NCBI GenBank assembly: GCA_000708835.1
Contig: DF237109.1
Location: forward strand, 1 to 64,000
Source: Klebsormidium nitens
Taxonomy: Eukaryota > Plantae > Klebsormidiophyceae
Length of the DNA stretch: 64,000 nt
Direction: 5' to 3'
The notes beneath the pieces were generated by a model. The model did no database searches. It was not told the DNA's origin and saw only the letters and a list, made by a program, of their open reading frames with translations. Both the position numbers and the translations under genes were made by a program. Below are positions 11,886-22,900 of this stretch, piece by piece. The first letter of the stretch is position 1, and each line of letters opens with the position of its first letter.

Positions 11886-14282
11886 TAAAAACAAAAGCAA
11901 CAAGGTCATGATCAGCGAGGCGCCTGCAAATTGATTATGTTTGTTTTGAAGTTCCTGAAGGCGAAAGCTCCTCCAAATCATTGCGAGAGTCTCATGATTA
12001 CCTGGTTGACATTTCGAGCAGCGCTCAGCGCGAGCAGTATTATTACTCGTGACGACCTAACGAACGAGTAAGGCAAAGAAGCTCCAGGCAGTGCAGAAAG
12101 ATCTCTGGCGCAGCCGCAGGATTCACCTTGTTGTGCGAGTAGGCTATAACACTCAAAAAAGAACTGTTGCGTACCTCCGACCAAGCGATGGATACTCGGC
12201 CTTTCTACGTCTTGTCAATGTTCAGGACCTTTCGATTGTCTGGAGATCTCTTTACTTTGTTGGGAACTTGTTTAGATGTCCAGAAACTTATCATTAAGCT
12301 GCAGTCAGAACTCAACATGCCGCTCCTTGCGGAGTTGTGCTTGAGCTTAGTCATAGCGAGCGAACTCTTTGCAATCGAGCGTACCTGTGCTGTCAAAGTC
12401 CGGTTCTCGCTTCATGCGCTCCGCATGTGCAGCGGCGAACTCTGGCGTCACCTCCGTCCAGCTGTTTGGATCACCGTAAAGCGATTCAAAATTACCTAAG
12501 ATCCGGAGCAAGTCAAAGCTTGTCAAATAGATTCTTCCCGTAGCTACCTATCACTTGAAGTGGTGTCAGGAGAGAGTTTGAAGAGCTTCAAGTGGTGGGC
12601 GAGAAGATTTGTCTTGAATTTCCTACTGAGATTCTCAAAGTATTCTGCCTTTAAGACCCTGAACTCGATGAGAAAGAACAATAATTCACCAGTATGCCGT
12701 GCTTAAAGAGAAGAGGTCATCCTCAGAGCAAAAGGGGCCAGAATCAGCATGGCGCTCTACACCTCACCTAAAACTTGCACGTGATCTGCTGAGACTTAGC
12801 AACGTTCAAAGGAAGAGTACAGATGTGAACGAGAAGCCGCCCAAAAACCAATACGTTAGAAAGTCGTCAGCGTACGGGAAAAGTGGGGAACGTTGGAGCT
12901 GTCTGGCTAATTGGGGATTACTGAATAGACTATTCCAGGTGCGGGTTTGTTCAAGTATCTTGATTCCTGGATTACGCGCATGCAAATATACTCTAGGCCA
13001 CGGGCTGATCAGCAAGGCTTTGGACGATGATCATGTGTCTCTTAGCAACGTCCCACCACTGTTTTTTATGAGCAAAACTTGCTCTGGACTCTGTCTTGGA
13101 TAACTCACCAGAATTGCCAGACTGCTTGGCTCTCTTCCTTCCTCCATGAAGGATCTCACCAGCCTCGATGTATGTGTTTTGCTTCATCTCAAATCTCGGC
13201 AATAGCCCAGTACCAGCTCGTTTGGCGTCTGGCAATGATTCGATTGACTCGAAGCCGCTGACTCCTCAAAAGCTACCAAAGGTCGCTTTGAAATGTTTGG
13301 AACTTCGAGTGTGTGTAGCCAAACGAGCTTCTAAGTGGACTTAAGGCCTGGCAGAGGTGGGATGACGTTCTGCTCCCGCTCTGCTTCTCATCCTGGGTGG
13401 CGCTGGCAGCGGGTAGCGGCAGGCATGCGCCCGCGCGCATGCGCGGCTTCTAGCGTAAGTCGGACAGGGTTGGGGATTTGGGGTGTGGGTTTGGGGTTTG
13501 GCGGCGGCGTTGTTAACACCCAAACGGCCTAGACATCGAGGCGTCCTCAGCGAGCAGTGCCCACGGCCACGGTCCGTCACACTAGTTATGATCGGCCAGT
13601 ACTACTGGATGCTGTCCGGTTCCATCCATCGAAGTTGTGTATACACGAGGTGTCAATCGAGTCGTTCCTTTGCATTATCCGCGGGACGAAAGATTCAAGC
13701 AAAAATTCCCTGCTTTTAGCTCGAAGAAACTTCAGCATTGAAGCGACGTGGAATATGGTAGAGGACCGACACGTAACGATCTAGAGCATGACATTTTCCA
13801 AAGATGCAAACGATAAAAGCAGTACAAAACCTCCAGCGTTAACTGCAAAAGCGTGATTGATACACCCGATCACCTGACACTAATCATTGTCGCAGGGTTC
13901 GCCCCACGACTCCCCCTATGAGCATACTAAGTGCATATATTGCTGACAGCGCAAAACTGTTGATCTGCATCATGCAGACGTCATGCTTTTTCCGGACACT
14001 TGGACCGCAGTCATGTTGGGTACTGCATGCCGTAAGTAAGTTAAATACCCGCTTGTGCGCGCCACCTTTGTGTGGCAAGTTTCCAAAGGCAAGACTCTGT
14101 CGCTTTGAAGATCAGGTCTCCGCTTTTCTACAATGATATACGAGGGGCTTCTAAGTACTCTTTTGCAGTTTATGATAAGCACACGGATTGTAAGGCGCCC
14201 CTGATACTGAGTCTCTGGAAAGCTTCGAGCCTCGGTTGTCCTCGCCGTAAAAACTCTGTTCTTTTTTCATCTCAAAGCGGGA

Positions 14283-14607
14283 TCAAGCCTCTCTAATGTT
14301 GAAAGCCGTCTCGCACTCAAAGAAGTATGTGCGACCGTTGCGCTTGCTCAGCTTCCAGCTCTTCACGTGCGTCTCGACAGGCCAAACCCCAAAAAAAGGT
14401 TCGACTTTGATTCCAGTACTAGCTCCTGAAACGGCAACCTCCAGCGTCACTCCTTCTGGAGACATAACCGGCCGATTCGTCTTTCCATCCCGGAACGTAA
14501 CCAGCACTCCTTCGGCGTTGCCGGGGTGGCCCGAGACTACTGCCCAGAGGTCATCGGACAGCTTGAGGTCCACTTCGTCGTTGGAATCAGTGCGGACCCT
14601 CGACCCT
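14283..14607 (-). CDS. Terminal exon of an orphan hypothetical protein, paralog B (5' exons not resolved)
   Basis: Acceptor ttttccctccag|GGTCG lies at the same position and phase as in paralog A. Frame GSRVRTDSNDEVDLKLSDDLWAVVS...FRDGKTNRPVMSPEGVTLE...WKLSKRNGRTYFF...IREA*. The 3' flanks are also homologous (atcaggtctcc; tcaagc(t/c)tctctaa). Confidence 0.6.
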
Positions 14608-16932
14608 GGAGGGAAAAATCAAAACACATTCTTGAACAAGCAACGTCGGATGCCCTGCGCAGATCCTACGCAAAACATGAAGCCCTGATCTTGGCGGAAG
14701 CTTCGTTCAGCGGCTTTCAAAGTGCGGAGTTGGCTTCATTGTAGAGCGTTCAAGTTAGCTAGCAGTACGCGACAACGGACTGTCGAGCGAGACAGGAGGA
14801 GGAGCAGCCGCACACACCACCAAGTATGTGCAGGTAGGTTTTATTAAGAAGCTCCAAGGAAATCGTACGAACTTCAGACCAATTTGAAGACGATTCCTTA
14901 CAAGATGCGCACTGACCGCAAGGACCTGTTTCTAAGGTGCTTCAGTCAGGAATGATGCTCCATCTCTTTGCAAGCTTGTGCAGATTACATCAGCAAGCAT
15001 ACTTCCTGCACTAGTGGGGCGTACCTGCGCCTTCAAAGTTTGGCTCTCGCTTGTATTTCGCCGCGAACGCAGCGGCGGCTTCTGGCGTTGGCGGAGTCGT
15101 CCAGCTGTCAGTGGTGGGATCGTACAGGGGGGCAGCTATAGCAAAATACGATTGGCTTCAACAAAAGGTATATAAAAGTATGCATACTTATGTTCAGAGT
15201 GTGGGGGAAAGGAGGCTTTAGCCTGGTTGTTGCAAGAACGTGGCGCTGTTGGACTGTACCTGATCGTCGAAGCTACAGCTCTTCATAAGTCTCCGAGTCA
15301 GTGGTCTTTCTACCCTTGTTGTCGTCAAAAGTGTTGTGTTTGCGCCAGTAAGGGGCCAAAAAGTAAGCGGCATCGAACGTGCCATGCTGGAGACAAAGGA
15401 CGGGCCCACAGCTATTACTCGATTGGCGCTGTACCTGATGCATCGATTATTGAGAGTTGCGGTCTGCGTTGCAAACGATGGTGTACACCAAATATTGGCA
15501 GCACAAAGTCGTGCCAAAAGGGAACATTGCATGTGAATAAAAGAAACCCCAAAATATTGCCGTTGTCACTGAGTTGTCAGCATCTAAGAAGGGAAAGTGA
15601 AAGCTGATTGCAAGCTTGCGCTCACAGGAAGTGGTCTCCTGGTCTTCTTATGACTCTTAGGAGGTTGGCGCATGCAGGTGACACTTATTTTGGTTCGTTC
15701 ATAATGGTGCATCGAGGCCCGCAAGCATGTTTCTGAACAAAAAGTCCAAGGACTCAGTGATGAGCGGAATCAGAGGGAGGAACAGAAGCTGCAGCAACTC
15801 TTTCACTAAGTCCTCTAACAGAGAAAAGGGCTAACCTGCTGCATCAGCACTTACCAGCAGTGCCAGACTCGTCGGTCCTCTGTCTCTTTCCAACAATCTC
15901 ACCAGCCTTGATGTGATTTTCTTGGCCCATCTTTGAATTGCTCTTTGACACGATGAACGTGGCGTCTTAGGTAGAAGGAGTGAAGCTTTGAAGCTGTCTC
16001 CAGAGAGTTCAGCCCAGATCTTCCAAAGGCCAAGCTCCTGACTAAGTAAATCTGGCTGTTCGAGTAAGAGATGCACCTGACAACCCTGGTATAAAAGGTC
16101 GGCCTACTAGTAGTTGGAGCCGAGATTCTGTTTACCTATAAGTGGTTTCAGCAAGCTGAGTGTAGATATCTGCAATGCTAATTTTTCTAACAAAGCACGC
16201 ACATATAGCTGCAAACTATCTGCAGAACATTCTGGCAGAATCAAACTTTTGGACTTGTAGTCCCGTCCTGACTTCAGAAGACCCTCAATCACTAAGGACA
16301 AGACTCCCGTCTCACCGTCTGAAGTAGGTAGTACAGCAGACGGGCCCGTTTTGGATCAGCAAGGCTAGATCAACGCGAAGAGCTGTAGTATATAGCGCCT
16401 GAGCGCACTGCGCGGGCGGCCCCGGCGGCCGCGTCCAAGGTTCGGGGTTTGGCAGCTCAGTTTAGATCGGTGCAACGGTGGCACGCCCGATTCTAGTTGG
16501 AACAATTGCTCCGGAATCAGGGTTGGCAAGCTGGAGGACATGACTGCATGCCCGGTATGTAAAGGCGACTTTGCCCCGGGGGCCGGTAAGTCGTACGCTG
16601 AAGCGCGCGGCACGACGTGGCCAGGCCAACCCCGGGCGTACCTCTACGCACCGGGCACCAGCGCAACTTCCGAGATTAGAGTCATGCCTCACAAGCTGCC
16701 ACGCCACCCCCTTTCAGCCACTAGCTGATCGCGCTTCCTGAACCGTCGATGACTTATGCGGATGCACATCGGACGGCACATTTGTAACAAAAGCACCAGG
16801 CTGCTGAAGAAGGAAGAAGCCCTGCCTAGCTTGACTTCGAGTTGCTGAAGTAAACGAAAATAGACGAGAAGGAAAGCACGCTCTAGGCGGTGGTGCAGAT
16901 CTCGTTCTGCAAGGAAGAAGCAGCGTCTCGCC

Positions 16933-19900
16933 ATGGCTTCCTCCACCATGGCTGCCGCATCGCGTGCTGCTCTCAGCGGGGCGGTTGCTGCTGCCCCTGG
17001 GGCCGCGCAGGCGTCCAAGAGTGCCCGGCACAATGCCGCTGCAAGCCCCCGGTGTAAAGCACCAACCACTCCGAAGGGACTCGCTGTTGAGGGACTTAGG
17101 ACGAATGCTCAGACCGGCAGCTTTAGGAGCTTCCTAGGGGGGGCTGACCTCAGGAAAGGACTGAATGTGGCACATGTGCAGCAAAAGACAACTGCTCCTA
17201 GGCGGGGGGTCATTGCTGCGGCCGCGGCAGATGATGGCGGTGAGTGTCCATGGATTTTGCATCAGAAGATTTGTGCGTCAGTATTGCGGAGGTTTGGTAT
17301 GAAGGCAAAGAGTGGTCGTCGAAGGCTGGGACTCGCTGATGCTCTCTGAAGGAGGGTAGCATTGACATGTGACCTTCATGTTCGGGTTGACAGACAGAGA
17401 CCGGTTTTGTCTTGTATTGCTTTTATGTTTGTGGTACCCTGGTATGCCATCAGATGCTTAAGCTGCCACTTGCAGGCTTTTCAACGGTGTGGTACTTGGT
17501 CTTCCATCTCTTTCCTCACCCTAAATGGCGGTTGTATCTCAAATAATCAATGCGTACTTTAAGCGGCTGCTGTGCTGCGGCGCTGCACTCATATCTCAAT
17601 TGATGCGGTGATAGACCATGTCTGCCATATGGCCTCGTCAAGAAACTGCATTGTTGCGGCATTCGTTTCTGCTTCGCAAAGGCCTTTGCAACCTGTGACG
17701 TGTTGGAAAATTATTCTGGCGCCACGACGGCCTTTCTTGGAAAGATGTCTCGTTAGCATAGAGAAGAGTGTTGTTAGAGACCAGCTGGTTTCAAATACAG
17801 GCCGGTAATGACCTCGTTAAAACGGCGCAGAGTGTCATGAGAGCATCTGGCAGCTGACTCTAAAGAAGTTTGTTTGGTTGCCGAGTGTTCTCAAGTACCT
17901 AAAGTTGCAGCTTGAGATCTAGTGCTGCAGCCTTGCACCGCATCCTTGCTTGGTCGGACCGCATCCTTGCTTGGTCGGACCGCATCCTTGCTTGGTCGGA
18001 AGAAAACCGTGAGCTTAGAGAGATCATTTTCCTTGGGACATGTTTGAACTGATTTCAGCATCGCTTACCTAAATTGGACTCCTGAGTCCCTGGTCAAATA
18101 GTCATAGGACGGGCGCATTAGGGTTTCTACGAGCAGCCATTTCTGTCACCTTTTCCTTAGCGCACTGCTCTTAGGAATCTGACGCAACCAAGCTTGAGCA
18201 ATATGGTTCACCCCTCTTGATCAAGAAGCTAAGCTTTTTTAAGCCTGATTTTGCTTGTTTCGTTGATGCAGCCAAGCGCGTTGTCTCCCTCAAGGACTAC
18301 CGCAACATCGGTATTATGGCGCACATTGACGCTGGCAAGACCACAACCACTGAGCGGGTTCTTTTCTACACTGGGAAGAGTTACAAGATTGGCGAGGTGC
18401 ACGAGGGAACGGCCACGATGGACTGGATGGAGCAGGAGCAAGAGCGTGGGATTACAATCACAAGTGCTGCCACCACTTGCTCGTGGAAAGACCACAGGAT
18501 CAACATCATTGACACGCCAGGTAAGGGTTTAGGGTTTTGGTTGGCAGGCGCTTGAGCATGAAGGGAGGTTCGGAGAGTGTTGCGTGTGGAGTAATGCTGT
18601 GGCGGAGAGAAGATGCTTTCGTGCCGCTGAAACCGTTTTGGAAGTGAGAGCAGAGTGCTTTCTGGGCTGAAATTTGTTAGGGAGCCAACGGAGTAAATTA
18701 ATCACATACCATGGCAGTCACTTCAGCCAAGCGTACACATTGTCTTGGAGGCGGCGATTTTTGTGGTTCTGTTCGCCATCTTTCATGTCTGCAAGTATGC
18801 ATTCAGGAACTCTCTACATAATCATCACGCTTCCTGAGCGAGCTTCTGCTCTGGCTGTCTCGTCAGGTCACGTGGACTTCACCCTTGAGGTCGAGCGTGC
18901 TCTCCGTGTGCTGGACGGCAGTGTGTGCCTGTTCGATTCCGTGGCCGGAGTCGAGCCCCAGTCCGAGACGGTGTGGCGCCAGGCCGACAAGTACGGCGTG
19001 CCCCGTATCTGCTTCGTGAACAAGATGGACAGGCTGGGGGCAAACTTCTTCAGGCAAGTCTAGCAACATTGCTTCCTGATGTGGGTGCCTTACTGTGAGA
19101 ATTTTGGCAGGAAGCGGACATAATCACAGGTTACACTGTCAATAAACGCTATGTCTCCTAGTTGACAAGGAAGGTTGTGGGCTCCTGCGCGCTAATTGTT
19201 GCTTGATGGTCAGCAGAGCGGCACAGGCTCTCTTAGGGCACGATGAGAGGAACAAGGGCAGTACCGAGGACTGATGTCTGTCCCCGATGAGAGGCAAAAA
19301 TTTGCACTCTGTCTTCCAACCTGTGACGTGTCTCGTATTGTATGTGGGTTTACGAAACTTGCCGTCAACCACAGCCCTCAGCAAAGCTTTTACCCCCTCA
19401 GGAGGGTCGACATGATCGTGGGCAATCCTGGGTTTTCTGCTTTCCTCACTTTTTCAGGTCTTGTTCTCCTACTAGGTTTTAGAAACTTGAGGTTGTTAAC
19501 CACAGCCTTGACCAGGCCTTGTCACACTCCTGAGGACTGTCGAGATTGTGGCCAACCTGGGTGTTTCTGCTTTCCCACTGTGTTTGGTGTTGTTTGTTTG
19601 TTGGATTTATGAAACCCGTTGTAGTTAACCACAGCCCTGACCAAGGCTTTTTCTCACTCCTCAGGACCGTCGACATGATCATCGCCAACCTGGGCGCGAC
19701 TCCCGCTGTCCTGCAGCTGCCCATCGGCGCGGAGGACACTTTTGCCGGCATTGTCGATCTGGTAACCATGAAGGCGGTCATTTGGAACGGAGAAGAGCTG
19801 GGCGCTTCTTTTGAGACTGTGGACATCCCTGAGGATCTCCAGGACCAGGCTCAGGAGTACCGCGAGAAGCTGGTGGAGCTGGCGGTGGAGCAGGACGAGG

Positions 19901-22900
19901 CGGTGAGCAGCATTTCCCGAGGTCCTGAGCTTGGAAAGCTGAGGGCTCTTTAGGGCCCTGGAAGACTTTGACAGATTGGGGCGGGGTGAGAAAGTATCAA
20001 GCTAGTTGCGTATCTCTCTGTTGTGCCCAAGTCCTGGAATTACAGTTGGTGTTTTCCCCTGGTTCATGGCTCCTCCCCGGGGAAGGAAGTGAGGTTGGTC
20101 TGGTAAATATGGCGGCGGTGACCACACGACCTTCGTATCTGATCATCATGATTCTTTGGTCCGTCCATCTGGAGGCAGATTGACCACCTCCTGAGCATTC
20201 GTACAAAATACTTCGATCTCTGTAGCCCTCCAAGCTTACTCAAAAGAGTCTTTGCTATTTTTCCAGGCTATGGAGGCTTTCCTGGAGGGCAACGAGCCCG
20301 ACGAGGCGACGCTCAAAGCGCTTATCCGCAAGGGCACAATCAGTCTCTCGTTCGTCCCCGTCACGTGCGGATCTGCGTTCAAGAACAAGGGCGTGCAGCC
20401 CATGCTCGATGCCGTCATCGATTATCTCCCCTCCCCCCTCGATCTTCCCGACATGAAGGGTTCCGAGGTCGACGATCCCGAGAAGCCGATGACCCGGCCC
20501 CCGAGCGACGATGCCCCGTTCTCAGGACTCGCGTTCAAGATCATGACGGATCCGTTCGTTGGGTCGCTGACGTTCTTGCGGATCTACTCTGGGACACTCG
20601 CGTCGGGGACGTATGTGATGAACGCGGCCAAGGGCAAGAAGGAGCGGATTGGGCGGTTGTTGGAGATGCACGCTAACAGGTGCGTTGTCATAAAGCCTCA
20701 ATGGCATCTGTCCCTGTCGATGACAACTCTCTTTGGTGTCTGGTAGTTGAAATATGCCGTCCAAACGAGTTGTACGTTTACGAAAGATCGATGTGAAGTT
20801 CCCTGCTTGAAGCAGTGCTGTGAGCTCCGAGTACTACATAAGGTCGAAGTGAAAGTATGCACCCCTTTCGAAAGATTGGAGGCCAGCAGTCTTCAAAAGG
20901 GTCAGTGTGCGTTCGGAAGATTCAGTTGCGATGCTGTCAATGACGTCGGAGCCGGTATGACCAGACGGTCAATGTAATGATAGGATGCTCGGTTGATGCG
21001 GAATGTGTCTTGGCGAGCCTTTTCAGGGATACCGTCGTTTGTGCAAGTCTTCGTAACCACCAATGTACGTTCTGGTGTCCGTTTGGGAAGCTTCGAAGCA
21101 GGGTATCTGTTGGCACTTGCTTTGGCAACAACCGGATCCCGCATTTCGTGGATTTCGTCCGACTCTGATCAGTCTGGACAGCGCTTTGAGCTGACGGTTG
21201 AGCGATTGTTGGCAACGCTATAGCGCCAACTTTGCTGTCCTTGTGCAGTCGGGAGGACATCAAGATGGCCCGGACGGGCGACATCGTTGCGCTGGCAGGA
21301 CTGAAGGATACTATTACGGGAGACACTCTGTGCGACATGGACAAGCCGATTGTGCTGGAGCGCATGGAATTCCCCGACCCCGTTATCAAGGTGCGCACGC
21401 ATATATCACATTTTGATGAGTTTATTGGATCATGCTTGCTGAGGATGCTACCTCTTTCGATGGGTGTTTACCAGTTGTCTCTCGACAATGGGGTTTGGAT
21501 GATGCCCTTGCTAGTTGCAAACGACGGGTCAAAGACGAATTTCTGTGCTTGTCCCAAACATCCGGGCAGACAGCCATCGGGCGCGGCCAGAAAACGGTCA
21601 GGAAGTCCTGGTCAGGCAAAGCGAAGGGCGGAACAACGCACAAGGTGGAGGAACGAGGAGTTGCCGTCACTGACGACTGTTAGAGATTGTGCCGACCTTG
21701 CATGTTCACCTCAGATACCGTCAGAGTGCTTTGTTCTTCAGCAAGGGTATATATACCTCCGGTTAACTGAATTGCAAATGTTTGTATCCAAGAGCGTAAA
21801 CGGATGACAACGGTTCTGAAACGGGCCCCCCGAGTCGTGAAACATTTCCAAATTCTTGTTATCTTGTGATGAAGCGTTGAGAGGAAGTAGATGTACTGAA
21901 TACCGGGTATTTGCTGCACGGGTCTTACCGGTCTGGCCGCCTTCTATTTGCAGATTGCCATCGAGCCCTAGTCGAGGGTGGAGGGTGCCGTCAGTAACTC
22001 GCATCGAGCTTGCATGTTCGCTGCGCTTTTGATAGCGGGTTCGCCTTTGCACTGGTCTTACCCTTCCGGCCGCCCTTTGTTTGCAGATTGCGATTGAGCC
22101 CAAGTCGAAGGCTGACCTGGACAAGATGTCGACGGGGCTGATCAAGCTGGCGCAGGAGGACCCCTCGTTCCACTTTTCTCGGGACGAGGAGACCAACCAG
22201 ACTGTCATTGAGGGCATGGGGGAGCTGCATCTGGAGATTCTGGTTGACAGGCTTAAGAGAGAGTTCAAGGTGAGGCGGAACGCAAGACCAGACTTGAGGA
22301 GGCAAGAACGTTAGGCGGTTGATACGAAATTGGTCATGGAAGCGAAGCGCCCATAAGAGGGAGGATTGGGGACAAAGGACCTGGTGGAGTGGGAGGATTG
22401 TTGCTCTTCTCGTCGCCATTGCTCTGGAATCTTATGTGCCTGTCCATTGAAGCAATTTGTGGTTGCAAACGTATCGACGAGGACTGGGGATTGTGGAGCC
22501 GCACAAGGTGCAGCGAATCACCTTTGAGTATTTGACAAGAAATCATTTTGAGAGTGCAGACACGCCTGTGACTTACCTGGAATCGCGGCGAGTCTCGTCC
22601 ACTTGTGTGCGTCTTTCAGGCATACCTGCAAAGCCGACTTACTCTTGCGCCTCTAAGCACGCGTAGTTTTGAAATTGCCGAATCCATTTGCCATTCATTT
22701 CTTTGCCACTTCCTCGCTTTGCCGCGGTTGCCCTAACACTGACCCTGCGATTGTTGAGTTGTAAACTAATTCGGAAACGCGCTAATGCTCCACATCGTCT
22801 CTCCTTCAGGTGGAGGCCAACGTGGGCGCCCCTCAGGTGAACTACCGCGAGTCCATCAGCCGACCGTACGACTGCAAGTACACGCACAAGAAGCAGTCGG

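Noticed and set aside
16540-16728. Small ORF MTACPVCKG... upstream of EF-G
   Set aside because: It has a single CxxC with no partner motif and lies in the promoter region. There is no support for a gene.
17938-18000. CRISPR-like direct repeats
   Set aside because: The units are contiguous with no spacers, lie in a eukaryotic intron, and have no cas genes nearby. This is a simple tandem repeat.
18521-18540. TTTAGGG telomere-like or telo-box sequence
   Set aside because: Only one to two units at an intron start, which is not enough to call an interstitial telomere or a regulatory site.
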